64,000 bases of DNA from an uncultured Gemmatimonadales bacterium (GCA_963709905.1 CAVPYI010000001.1:595329-659328), one strand, 5' to 3'; positions 31,526-41,142 are shown, numbered from the stretch's first letter. The notes: generated from the sequence alone by a model not told the origin. Program-made: numbers and translations.

Positions 31526-31999
31526 TGGCCATCTTCTCGCGTCCCGCGCAGTCCGGGCGCCACGATTCCCAGGCCCGCCGGAGCGAACCCGCCGGGCTCA
31601 CGATCATCGCCATCGGGACGACCATCGTCGGCGACGTCGTAAGCGAGGGCGTGGTCAAGGTCGAAGGAAACGTCGAGGGCACCATCCGCGCGGGCTCCCA
31701 ATTGCTGGTCGCCCAGGGCGCGATGATTCGCGGCGACGTCTTCGCCTCCGAAATCGTCGCCGGCGGCGAGATCCACGGGGGTGTAACCGCGGGGGAACGG
31801 GTCGAGATCCAGGTCGGGGCCGATGGTCGCCGGCGACATCCGCACCCAGCGGATTCATATCGCGGACGGCGGACGGGTGAATGGCCAGATCACGATGGAA
31901 CCGGGGGGTGAGCCGGTCCGAACGCGCCGCTGTTGCGGAACGGAGCGAAGCTGTCGAGGATTCCGACGGAGTAAGGAGTCGGACTTCCACAATCGTTGA
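31525..31999 (+). pseudogene. bactofilin (DUF583) cytoskeletal protein, frameshifted near 31820
   Basis: ATG at 31525 overlaps the M23 stop (ATGA). Bactofilin beta-helix repeats: IIAIGTTIVGDVVSEGVVKVEGNVEGTIRAGSQLLVAQGAMIRGDVFASEIVAGGEIHGGVTAGERVEI. The repeat continues in another frame as VAGDIRTQRIHIADGGRVNGQITM. The 3' end is uncertain. Confidence 0.75.
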
Positions 32000-32086
32000 T
32001 AAGTCGCCCGAACTTGTGGAAACACTGGGACTTTCCTTCGTTACATTGCCCGCTAGTGTATCGTCGCTGTCGCATAAACTGTCACT

Positions 32087-33067
32087 ATGCTGCGTCTTTG
32101 CTTCCTGGCAGCGGGACTGTTGGGACTTCTCAGTAGTTGCGTCGAGAAACCTGCGGTAGCGGGCTTCCGCGTCGGCCTGGTGACGCCCGGCTCGATCGCG
32201 GACGCGGCCTGGAACTCGGGGGCCTACCACGGACTCGAAGCCATCCGGGATTCCACCGGGGCGACGGTCAGCCACGTGGAAGCCCGAACTCCGGCGGAAC
32301 AGGAAGAGGCGCTCCGCACCTACGCGGCGCAGGGATACGACCTGGTGTTCGGCCACGGATTCGAGTTCCAGGGCGCGGCCGAGCGAGTCTCGGAGCAGTA
32401 CCCCAGCACGGTCTTCATCGTGACCTCCGGCGAGCGGGTTGCCGGGAACGTGTCTCCGCTGATCTTCCGGCTTTCCGAAGCCAGCTACCTGGCCGGAATG
32501 GTGGCCGGCGGGATGACGAGGACGAACACCTCGGATTCGTCGGTGGAATCGAACTGCCTCCCATCAAGCTCGCGGAGGATGCCTGGGAGGCCGGGGCCAG
32601 GGCCGTGAACCCCGCGGTGAACGCCCGCTCGACCTACCTGAACACGTTCGACGACGTGGCAGCGGGACGGGAAGCGGCCATCGCCCTGATCCGGGTTGGA
32701 GCGGACATGCTCCATCACAATGCGGATCAGGCTGCCCTGGGCGCTTTTCAGGCCGTCAAGGAGTCGCCGGGCGTCTATATCTTCGGATCGAACCTGGACC
32801 AGAAGGACCTTGCTCCGGACCGGGTGCTCGGCTCGGCGGTGATCGACCTGCCGCGGGCGTTTCTGATGGTCGCCCGGGAGGTGAAGGCCGGAGGATTCCG
32901 GCCGAAGGTGGAGTCGTTCGGTCTCAGGAGCGGCGTGATTCGCTACGAGCCGAACCCCTCGCTCGAAGGACGCGTGCCGGAAGCGCTCCGCTCCCGGGTC
33001 GTCGGCCGCCCGGGATTCGATCAGCGCGCCGAATCTCGGGGAGCCAGCCTCCCGGTCGCCCTCGTGA
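32087..33067 (+). pseudogene. BMP-family (PnrA/Med-like) ABC transporter substrate-binding lipoprotein, at least 2 frameshifts
   Basis: Lipobox LLGLLSSC. ORF 32087..32608 gives FRVGLVTPGSIADAAWNSGAYHGL...GYDLVFGHGFEF. Reading continues in ORF 32137..33354 as LGFVGGIELPPIKLAEDAWEAGARAVNP...FGSNLDQ. A third frame ends at TGA 33065-33067, overlapping the next gene's start as GTGA. Confidence 0.8.
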
Positions 33068-33867
33068 GCGACGCGGTGCTACTGGCGGAGGTCGTCAGTT
33101 ACCTCGACGACTACCTGCGCATCGCGGACGTTCCCGACGATGCCAATGCCCTCAACGGTCTGCAGGTCGAGAACAGCGGCCGGGTCGGCCGTCTCGTCGC
33201 GGCGGTGGACGCGTCCCAGGCCACGATCGATGGCCTGCCGGCTGCGAGCAGCTCATCGGGAGCGCGCCCCCGCTGCTGCTCGTGCACCATGGCCTGTTCT
33301 GGGACGGGAACAGGCCGGTTACCGAACGCCGGTACCGGCGGCTGCGCACGCTGATCGAGCGCGACACCGCGCTGTACTCGGCCCACATCCCGCTCGACCT
33401 CCACCCGGAGGTCGGTAACAACGCCGTGCTGGCCAAGCGGCTGGGGCTCACGTCGCTCCGGCCCGTTCGGCAGCCCACAAGGGGTCGCTGATCGGAGTTG
33501 CGGGAACGGCACCGACCGATGGCGCCAGCCCTCGGCGGACTGGTCACCCGGGTGGCGTCCGCGCTTTCGATTCGGTCGGAAGCCATCCGGGTGATCGCGG
33601 GCGGCCCGGATCGGATTTCCCGGATAGGCGTGATCACGGGTGGCGCCGGCAGCGCCATCGATCAGGCCCGGGCGGCCGGCTGCGACACGTTCATCACCGG
33701 TGAAGGCGCGGCGCATACGTTCTTCGACGCGATGGAGGGCGGCATCAACGTGCTCTACGCCGGCCACTATGCCACCGAAACGGTCGGAGTGCAGGCGCTG
33801 GCTGATCACCTGGCCGAGCGCTTCGGGCTTCCCTGGGAGTTCCACGACCATCCCGACGGGGATGTAG
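33064..33867 (+). pseudogene. Nif3-family dinuclear-metal protein (YbgI-like), at least 4 frameshifts
   Basis: Pieces: LAEVVSYLDDYLRIADVPDDANALNGLQVENSG / LLLVHHGLFWDG...LYSAHIPLDLHPEVGNNAVLAKRLGL / GSLIGVAGTAP / ISRIGVITGGAGSAIDQARAAGCDTFITGEGAAHTFFDAMEGGINVLYAGHYATETVGVQAL...FHDH / PTGM-stop at 33865-33867. Confidence 0.8.
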
Positions 33868-33926
33868 GCGGAGCCACGGCCCCGGTCGCGCGACCGGCCC
33901 ACCTGATGCGCGGTATCTTCCCCGTC

Positions 33927-35380
33927 ATGCCGTCCTCTGCTGCAGCTCTCCGCGATCTCGAAGCGCTTCGGTCCGGTCGAGGCTCTGCGTGGGGTGGACT
34001 TCTCGCTGGAGGAAGGCGAGATCCACGCGCTGCTGGGGGAGAATGGCGCCGGGAAATCGACCCTGATGCGGATTGCATACGGTCTGATCCGGCCGGATGC
34101 CGGGACCGTCGCCGTCAGCGGGACGCCGATCCGATTGCGTGGCCCGGCCGATGCTCGCCGCCACGGCCTCGGAATGGTCCACCAGCACTTCACCTCGATC
34201 CAGCGCCTCACCGTCCTCGAGAACGTCGCCCTGACCGCAGGGTGGCCCACCAGGCCGCGGGAAAACCGGAGCCGGATCCGTGCTCTCCTGGTCCGGACCG
34301 GACTCCGGCTCGATCCCGAAGCAATTGCGGAGGACCTCTCGGCCGGCTTGAAGCAGCGCCTCGAAGTCCTCAAGGCGCTGGCCGGCGATGCCCGGATCCT
34401 GCTGCTGGACGAACCCTCGTCGGTCCTCTCGCCCGCCGAAGCCAGGGTCCTGCTCGAACTCGTGGCCAGCTTTCGGGCCCGCGGGATCTCGACCGTGCTC
34501 ATCACCCACAAACTGACCGAGGCCCTGGAAATCGCGGACCGGGTGACGATGCTGCGCCGGGGCACCGTGGTTCATTCGGGCCGGTCCGCCGGGGAGACTG
34601 CCGAGTCGCTCGCTCGACAGATGCTGGGGGAGGCCCCTCCGCGACGAAGGCCCCGGGTTCGGGCCGACGTGGGGACGTCCGGGTGAGCGCGCGCGAAATG
34701 TCGCTTCCCAGGCTGGGATCGAGCGGGACCGATCTCGCCGCGCGACGTTCTCGGCCTGTGCTGGAGAGGTGGTGGGAATCGCAGCCGTCGAAGGCAACGG
34801 GCAGCGTGAACTTCTCAGAGCAATCGCCGGAGTGGCGCGGCCTGCCGCGGGCTCGCTCTCGGTGAGCGGGCCGGTGTCGTTCATTCCCGAGGACCGGACC
34901 GGAGAAGCGCTGATCGCCGGGTTTTCAGTGACCGAAACGCTGGTCCTGAGCCAGGGCAGTCGGCGCCATGGGTGCGTGGTCCGTGGGTCGACTGGAAGAT
35001 GGCCGCTCAACGGGCTGCCGAACTGATCGGCAGCTTCGGGATCCAGGCACCTGGTCCCGAGGCGGCGGTCCACGGCTTGAGTGGAGGGAATCAGCAGCGC
35101 TTACTGATCGCAATGGCGCTCGAACGGCGACCAGCGGTGCTGGTTGCCGAGAATCCGACCCGGGGCCTCGACCTGAGAGCTACGGCCGAGGTGCTCGATC
35201 GCCTTCGTGGGGCGGCCCGACACGGGGTGTGCGTCATCGTCCATCTGACCGATCTGGACGAGTTGCTCGAGCTGGCCGATCGCGTGCTGGTGGTTGCGAA
35301 CGGGGTGGCGACGGAGGTTCACCCGAACCGCCACTCGAGACGAAATCGGGCGCCGGATGCTGGGCGACCAGGTGACATGA
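33927..35380 (+). pseudogene. two-domain ABC transporter ATPase of the BMP/nucleoside-type importer, at least 5 frameshifts
   Basis: Pieces: MPSS / LQLSAISKRFGPVEALRGVDFSLEEGEIHALLGENGAGKSTLM...LSAGLKQRLEVLKAL...LLLDEPSSVL (ORF 33994..34686) / VGIAAVEGNGQRELL (ORF 34769..35026) / LSGGNQQRLLIAMAL...LVAENPTRGLD (ORF 34972..) / DEIGRRMLGDQVT-stop at 35378-35380. Confidence 0.8.
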
Positions 35381-36420
35381 AGAGAGCGCGCTGGCTGGTG
35401 GACATCGTGCCGGCGGTCGCGGCACTGGCCGCTGGTCTCGTGGTGCTGGCGATCGGTCTCGGGGTCAGTGGGTACGACGCCGGAACCGCCCTCGCCGCCC
35501 TCTGGGGCGGGGCCTTCGGCTCCACCGACGCGGTGCTTTCGGCCCTCCTCCCCAGGGCCATCCCGCTCATTCTCGTGGGCCTCGCCGTCGGGCTCGGATT
35601 CCGCGCTGGGGCTTTCAATATCGGAGCCGAAGGGCAGTTCTACGCCGGTGCGCTGGCCGCAACATGGGTCGGCCTCGCTCTGGCGTCCTGGCCGCGGGTG
35701 ATCGCTGTTCCTTCGGTGCTGGTTGCTGCAGTCGTGGCCGGCTTCCTGTGGGTCACGGTCCCGGTGATCCTGCGGATTCGTTTCGGCGTGCTGGAGGTGA
35801 TCAGCACCCTGTTGCTCAACTTCGTCGCCGAAGCGCTGGTGAGCTGGATGGTGCAGGGACCGCTGCAGGAGTCCAAACACATCTACCCGCAGAGCGACCC
35901 GCTCCCGATGGCGGCCCGCCTGCCACAACTGCCGGGAACCCGATTGCATCTTGGACTGTCGGTCGCGCTCGTTCTGGCAGCCGGGCTGTGGGTCTTCGGA
36001 CGCCGCGCACTGGCCGGCTTTCAGCTCCGGGCAACGGGCAGCAATCCGATTGCGGCCCGCCTGCTCGGAGGGGTGGACACCCGCCTGATGTTCGCCGCCG
36101 CGCTGCTCGGGTCCGGCGCCATTGCCGGCCTCGCCGGCGGAGTCGAGGTCTCGGGAACCACCTACGCGCTGTTCCAGAATCTTTCCCCCGGGTATGGCTT
36201 CACCGGCATTGCGGTCGCCCTGCTCGCCCGCCTCCACCCGCTGGCCACGATCTTCACCGGACTGCTGTTCGCCGCGCTGGAGGCCGGTGCCAGCGCCATG
36301 CAGCGTGAGGCCGGGGTGCCAGCAGTGGCGGTATACATGGTCGAGGCGGCGGTAATAATCGTGGTACTGCTGGCCGACGTCTGGCGCCAGCGTCGGGCCC
36401 TGCTCCGCGGAGGGCCCTGA
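35377..36420 (+). CDS. ABC transporter permease (BMP/nucleoside-type importer, first permease)
   Basis: ATG at 35377 overlaps the restored ATPase stop (ATGA). 347 aa intact: MKRARWLVDIVPAVAALAAGLVV...FNIGAEGQFYAGAL...GFTGIAVALLA. The track fuses it to the ATPase fragment as ORF 34972..36420. Confidence 0.85.
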   Translation: MKRARWLVDIVPAVAALAAGLVVLAIGLGVSGYDAGTALAALWGGAFGSTDAVLSALLPRAIPLILVGLAVGLGFRAGAFNIGAEGQFYAGALAATWVGLALASWPRVIAVPSVLVAAVVAGFLWVTVPVILRIRFGVLEVISTLLLNFVAEALVSWMVQGPLQESKHIYPQSDPLPMAARLPQLPGTRLHLGLSVALVLAAGLWVFGRRALAGFQLRATGSNPIAARLLGGVDTRLMFAAALLGSGAIAGLAGGVEVSGTTYALFQNLSPGYGFTGIAVALLARLHPLATIFTGLLFAALEAGASAMQREAGVPAVAVYMVEAAVIIVVLLADVWRQRRALLRGGP

Positions 36421-36423
36421 GCG

Positions 36424-37329
36424 ATGGAAGCCGCTCTGCTCGCCTCGTTTCTGGCCGCCGCCGTCCGGGTGGCCACTCCGTTGCTGCTGGCGGCCCTGGG
36501 AGAAACGATTTCCGAACGGGGCGGTGTGATCAACCTGGGGACGGAAGGCGCGATGCTCGCGGGCGCGCTGGGCGCTGCGGTTGGGGCGACACATGGCGGC
36601 GTCTGGTACGGCCTCCTGGTCGCGACCGCGGCAGGACTCGTTGTCGCGGGGGCCTTCGCCGCGGTCGCCGTGGTGGCGCGCGCCGATCAGATCATTACGG
36701 GGACCGCCATTACGCTCGGCTGTATCGGGCTCACCGGGGCGGTCTATCGCCAGGCCTATGGCCCAGGTGGCGTCGGACTCAGCCTTCCGACCCTGCCCGA
36801 AGTGCCCGTGCCGGGCCTGGAGAGAATCCCGGTACTCGGACCGGCGCTGTTTCAACAGAGCGCGCTGACCTATGCCGGCTACCTGGCGGCTCCACTGCTC
36901 TGGTGGTTGCTGTTTCGAACGCCCTTTGGGCTGAGGCTGCGGGCCGCGGGGGAATCTGCCGAACACGCGAGGGCGGCCGGAGTCCATGTTGAAAGGACCC
37001 GTACGGCCGGGGTACTGATCGGCGGTGCGCTGGCGGGTCTGGCGGGGGCCAGTCTGGTGCTCGCACAGGTGGGCACATTCGCCGAGGAGATGACCGCCGG
37101 GCGCGGATTCATGGCAATCGCCATCGTGGTGCTCGGGGGTTGGCATCCCGTCCGGGTGCTCGGCGCAGCGCTGTTCTTCGGCGCGGCCATGGCGCTTCAA
37201 TTCCTGTTCCAGTCGTCGCTGACTGGAGTCCCCTACCAGCTGTTCCTCATGCTGCCCTATCTCCTCACCCTGCTGGTTCTGGCGGGAGCGGTGGGCCGAA
37301 CCCGGGCACCTGAGGATCTGGGGAGGTAA
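36424..37329 (+). CDS. ABC transporter permease (second permease)
   Basis: 301 aa: LLLAALGETISERGGVINLGTEGAMLAGAL...GRGFMAIAIVVLGGWHP. Typical of the branched-chain/ribose-type permease fold. Confidence 0.85.
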   Translation: MEAALLASFLAAAVRVATPLLLAALGETISERGGVINLGTEGAMLAGALGAAVGATHGGVWYGLLVATAAGLVVAGAFAAVAVVARADQIITGTAITLGCIGLTGAVYRQAYGPGGVGLSLPTLPEVPVPGLERIPVLGPALFQQSALTYAGYLAAPLLWWLLFRTPFGLRLRAAGESAEHARAAGVHVERTRTAGVLIGGALAGLAGASLVLAQVGTFAEEMTAGRGFMAIAIVVLGGWHPVRVLGAALFFGAAMALQFLFQSSLTGVPYQLFLMLPYLLTLLVLAGAVGRTRAPEDLGR

Positions 37330-37333
37330 GCGT

Positions 37334-38083
37334 TCAGGCGGTAGGCGCCTCGATCCGGGCCCGGGCCGCCGCGATCGCCTGCCACACGGTGGTCTTGAGA
37401 GACTCGACGTCCGCTGCGGTCAGCCCGGCGGTTTCCACCGGCTCGAGCACACACACTTCCGCCTCCGACCGACCGATCCGCCAGCCGTGCTTGGGCAGCG
37501 CGGTCCTGGTTCCGTGCACCGCTAACGGGAGGATCGGCACACCGGAATCGATGGCCAGCCTGAAGGCCCCGTCCTTGAACGGCTGCATGTGGCCGGTCGC
37601 CGATCGGGTTCCTTCGGGGAAGATGACCACCGACACCCGCTGGCCCAGGAAGTCGCGGCAGCGCTGCATCGCTTTCACGGCGCTCCGCGTCGTCCCGCGC
37701 TCCACCGGGACATCGCCGGCCAGCCACATGTCCCACCCGAGCACGGGGATTCGGAGGATCTCCACCTTGGAGAGCCATTTCATTTCCCAGGGCAGATGGC
37801 TGATCAGCAGGATGTCAACGAAGGACTCGTGATTCGAAACGACGACGTACGGGTTCCGTGGATTGGCCGGCATGGTCCCGGTGACCCGGAAGCGCCAGAG
37901 CGGATTCAGGGTGGCGGTCACCACCGCGACCTGCCGGAAGAACAGCCCGGCCCAGTACCGCCCGGGGTCAAACGGGGCGGTGACTATCCGGATCACGGCG
38001 AGCAGCGGGAGCCAGACCACCAGACAGGTGGCGAGCACTATCCAGGTCCAGAGCGAGACGATGGTGATATACAGTCGGGACAT
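37334..38083 (-). CDS. plsC: 1-acyl-sn-glycerol-3-phosphate acyltransferase
   Basis: Acyltransferase motifs NHESFVD (HX4D) and IFPEGTRS, plus an N-terminal TM segment. Confidence 0.9.
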   Translation of the reverse strand: MSRLYITIVSLWTWIVLATCLVVWLPLLAVIRIVTAPFDPGRYWAGLFFRQVAVVTATLNPLWRFRVTGTMPANPRNPYVVVSNHESFVDILLISHLPWEMKWLSKVEILRIPVLGWDMWLAGDVPVERGTTRSAVKAMQRCRDFLGQRVSVVIFPEGTRSATGHMQPFKDGAFRLAIDSGVPILPLAVHGTRTALPKHGWRIGRSEAEVCVLEPVETAGLTAADVESLKTTVWQAIAAARARIEAPTA

Positions 38084-38144
38084 AGGCGCGACGTTCAGGA
38101 AGAATGGCCACGGGAACCGGCACGACGGCGCGGGTTGAACGCGG

Positions 38145-38507
38145 TTACTCCTCGGGTATGCGATCGTCCCACAAGGCGATGATGTTGCCGTCGGGATCCG
38201 AGATCATGGCCATGACGCCGAACGACTGCCGGGTCGGTTCGGCCACGAAGCGCACTCCGCGCTGGTGCAGCCGCTCGCAGAGTTGGAGGATGCCCTCCAC
38301 GTGCAGGGTGATGCCGGTGTGCCGTCCCACGAGGGCCTTAGCCTCGGGATGAACCGCCGGGTGCACGGCCAAGTGCGCCGGTCCCTCCAGGAACTCGGCT
38401 CCGAACGAACCTTCGCGGGCTACGGGCAGGCCGAGGTCATCGCGATAGAACGCCCGGGCCCGATCGATATCGGCGACAAACACCGCGATGGAATGCAGGC
38501 TGGGCAT
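38145..38507 (-). CDS. VOC (glyoxalase/bleomycin-resistance fold) protein
   Basis: 120 aa: SIAVFVADIDRARAFYRDDLGLPV...ISDPDGNIIALWD. Confidence 0.85.
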   Translation of the reverse strand: MPSLHSIAVFVADIDRARAFYRDDLGLPVAREGSFGAEFLEGPAHLAVHPAVHPEAKALVGRHTGITLHVEGILQLCERLHQRGVRFVAEPTRQSFGVMAMISDPDGNIIALWDDRIPEE

Positions 38508-38539
38508 GACGCATTGTACCTGCGAGCCGCATCACGGCG

Positions 38540-39472
38540 CTAGCGAAGTGACTCCCAGGCCGCCTTCCAGTTCCGCCGCATGCCTTTCAGCCCCGGGCGC
38601 GCCAGGGGCGTGTCTCCAAACCGCCGGGCGAACTCCTCCTCCCCCAACTCCTCGAAGAAGTCGGGGCCGGCGCTGGCGAGATCCTCGCGGGGGCGGAATT
38701 CGGGAATCGTCGACCGTTCCGCGAAGCGCTCGTTCCAGGGACAGACCTCGTTGCAGATGTCGCAGCCGAACGCCCAGCCTGAGAGCCGATCGCCGAATTC
38801 GGGCGGGATGGCCCCCTTGTACTCGATCGTCAGGTAGGAGATGCACCGGGTGGCGTCGAGCTCCCTCGGACCCGGAAAGGCGCCGGTCGGACAGGCGTCC
38901 AAACACCGGGTACACGAGCCGCAATGATCGGTCGTGAGGGGTGCATCGACCTCCAGCGGCAGGTCGGTCAGAATCGCGCCGATGAAGAACCAGGATCCCA
39001 CGCCGGGACGGAGGAGCATGGTGTTCTTGCCGATCCATCCGAGTCCGGCGCGCTGGGCGAGTTCGCGTTCGGCGAGCGGCCCGGTATCGACATACGCGCG
39101 GGCGACGGCGGCGCCGTGCTGTCGGAGAAACGTGGCCAGCTGCTCCAGCCGAGCCAGGGTAACGCCGTGATAGTCCGCCCCGCGGGCGTACCGGGCTATG
39201 ATCGGCCTGGCGTCCGGGGAATCCCGGGGTGGCGTCGGGTGGAGGTAGTTCTCCAGCACCATCACGGCGCGGCGGGCAGCCGGGTCGACCAGGGCCGGGT
39301 TCTTCCGTTTTCTGGCCTGGCGATGCAGGTACCGCATGTTGCCGGCGTAGCCGGAATGGAGCCAGCGGTCGAACGCCTCCGCGTGCGGGAGCGGGTCGAG
39401 GGCGGTCACTCCGCAGGCGATGAAGCCGAGTTCAGCGGCCATGACCTTCACCGCCGAGGTGGAAAGGCTCAT
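38540..39472 (-). CDS. queG: epoxyqueuosine reductase
   Basis: YARGADYH, GLGWIGKNTMLL, and the two 4Fe-4S motifs CGSCTRCLDACPTGA and CDICNEVCPWN. Confidence 0.95.
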   Translation of the reverse strand: MSLSTSAVKVMAAELGFIACGVTALDPLPHAEAFDRWLHSGYAGNMRYLHRQARKRKNPALVDPAARRAVMVLENYLHPTPPRDSPDARPIIARYARGADYHGVTLARLEQLATFLRQHGAAVARAYVDTGPLAERELAQRAGLGWIGKNTMLLRPGVGSWFFIGAILTDLPLEVDAPLTTDHCGSCTRCLDACPTGAFPGPRELDATRCISYLTIEYKGAIPPEFGDRLSGWAFGCDICNEVCPWNERFAERSTIPEFRPREDLASAGPDFFEELGEEEFARRFGDTPLARPGLKGMRRNWKAAWESLR

Positions 39473-40803
39473 GGCACGGGGGACACGGCATCCTGCGGAG
39501 CGCGATGCTCACCGGTGTTCCCGGTGATGCCGTGTGGACCGCGTTGCGAGGCGGGATGCCAGGGCCAGGTGATCAGCCGTGCGCCACGATGGTACGTGAA
39601 ATAGGCCCACCCCCACTCCAGCATCACCATGATCCGGTTGCGGAACCCAATCAGGAAGAGAATGTGGACGAAGATCCAGATCAGCCAGGCCGGGAACCCG
39701 CCGAAACGCAGCTTCCATATGTCGGCGACGGCGTGCCCCCGGCCAATCACAGCGAGCTGGCCCTTGTCCCAGTACTCGAACGGGCGGCGGGCGCGCCCGA
39801 CGAGATCCCCGGCAATGGACCGGGCGACGTATTGGCCCATCTGGATCGCGGCTGGGCAGATCCCGGGGACCGTTCCGAAGCGCTTGTCGGGGAACGCGGC
39901 TGCGTCGCCCACGACAAAGAGTTCAGGATGCCCCGGTATGGTGCAATCGGGCTCGACAATGGCCCGCCCCGCCCCGTCGAGCGGAGTGCCGAGCGAGCGG
40001 TTCAGCGGACTGGCCACATTCCCGGCGGCCCACACCACCGTCCGGGTTGGAATGGTCCAACCGGCAGCGGATACCAGTCCGGGGCGAAGATCGGTGACCT
40101 GGGCCTCCTCGCGCACATCCACGCCTAGCCGCCGTAGCTCGCCCTTGGCGCGTTCGGAGAGCTTGGGCGGGTAGCTGGGGAGAATCCGCTTCCCGCCCTC
40201 GAGCAACATCACCGTGGCCTCGCGGGGGTCGATGCGGCGGAAATCCTTGCGCAACGCGTAGCGCCGGATCTCCGCCAAGGCCCCGGCGACTTCGACCCCG
40301 GTTGGCCCGCCTCCCACGACCACGAAGGTGAGGTGGGCATGGCGCTTCACTGGATCGGTTTCGCGTTCCGCCCGTTCGAAGGAGAGCAGGACCCGGCGCC
40401 GAATCTCCTCGGCGTCTTCCAGGCTTTTGAGACCCGGGGCCAGTGACTCCCAGTCGTCCTTGCCGAAATAGGAGTGGCGGGTACCGGTGGCCAGAATCAG
40501 ATAGTCGTAGTCTATACGACTACCATCGGTTAGTACGATCGCCCGCCCGGCGGGATCGACAGTCGTCACGTCGCCGAGCACCACCTGGGCGTTCCGCTGG
40601 GCGCTCAGGATCGAGCGTATCGGGGAGGCGATATCGTTGGGTGCCAGGGCGGCGGTCGCCACCTGGTACAGCATGGGCTGGAACAGGTGGTGATTCTGCC
40701 GGTCGACGACCGTGAGCTGTACGGGGGCGTCGGCGAATCCCTTGGCCGCATACAGGCCGGCGAAGCCGGCGCCGACGATCACGACTCGAGTGGGAGCGGG
40801 CAT
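39469..40803 (-). CDS. ndh: type II NADH:quinone oxidoreductase (NDH-2)
   Basis: VVIVGAGFAGL...NHHLFQPMLYQVAT...VVGGGPTGVE. Two Rossmann GxGxxG motifs and a C-terminal membrane anchor. Confidence 0.9.
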   Translation of the reverse strand: MPAPTRVVIVGAGFAGLYAAKGFADAPVQLTVVDRQNHHLFQPMLYQVATAALAPNDIASPIRSILSAQRNAQVVLGDVTTVDPAGRAIVLTDGSRIDYDYLILATGTRHSYFGKDDWESLAPGLKSLEDAEEIRRRVLLSFERAERETDPVKRHAHLTFVVVGGGPTGVEVAGALAEIRRYALRKDFRRIDPREATVMLLEGGKRILPSYPPKLSERAKGELRRLGVDVREEAQVTDLRPGLVSAAGWTIPTRTVVWAAGNVASPLNRSLGTPLDGAGRAIVEPDCTIPGHPELFVVGDAAAFPDKRFGTVPGICPAAIQMGQYVARSIAGDLVGRARRPFEYWDKGQLAVIGRGHAVADIWKLRFGGFPAWLIWIFVHILFLIGFRNRIMVMLEWGWAYFTYHRGARLITWPWHPASQRGPHGITGNTGEHRAPQDAVSPVP

Positions 40804-40840
40804 AGACGGGTTTCAGAGGGTAGCGGCCAGCGCCCCGGTC

Positions 40841-41116
40841 CTACCCCTGGAGGATTCTGCGTCGCCAGCGCGCGAACCGCAGGACGTCCCTCACCGGTGG
40901 GGTCGTGCGTTCTTCGCCGTAGGCGGTGTGCATGCGCCAAGCGAGATACTCCGGGTCCGGGAGCGGCAGGAATGGGGAGTGCCGCCACCATTCGCGGCGG
41001 CGGAACGCCCAGGCGAGCGTCAGGAGATCGAGCGCAATGAGGGGATTCACGAGGGCCCTGCCGATGAGGCGGGCGATCAATCCTCCCATTCCCGCTGCTT
41101 CAGCCATGCGGACCAA
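40841..41116 (-). CDS. hypothetical small protein
   Basis: 91 aa with a hydrophobic N-terminal half and a Trp/Arg-rich C-terminal half. No family recognised. Confidence 0.45.
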   Translation of the reverse strand: MVRMAEAAGMGGLIARLIGRALVNPLIALDLLTLAWAFRRREWWRHSPFLPLPDPEYLAWRMHTAYGEERTTPPVRDVLRFARWRRRILQG

Positions 41117-41142
41117 GATAACGACAGTATATTCTCCCCTCC

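Noticed and set aside
27341-35380. Interpreting the fragmented mnmG/parA/parB/ATPase pieces as many separate small genes, or as programmed frameshifting.
   Set aside because: The fragments join into single canonical proteins when the frame is shifted by one base. There are far too many shifts (about one per 270 nt), they occur in unrelated genes, and they lack slippery-site or pseudoknot context. I annotated them as disrupted genes pending read-level verification.
35101-37200. Very long antisense ORFs. Examples: 35101..37200 (699 aa), 45076..47352 (758 aa), 47536..49191 (551 aa), 17757..19238 (493 aa), 6287..7768 (493 aa), 42520..44052 (510 aa), 52188..53741 (517 aa), 10338..11936 (532 aa) and 11954..13531 (525 aa).
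   Set aside because: Each lies opposite a gene with unmistakable family motifs (permeases, ankyrin proteins, sufB, copA, actP and others). Their translations are Arg/Pro/Gly/His-rich low-complexity strings with no motifs. Stop-poor antisense frames are expected in GC-rich DNA.
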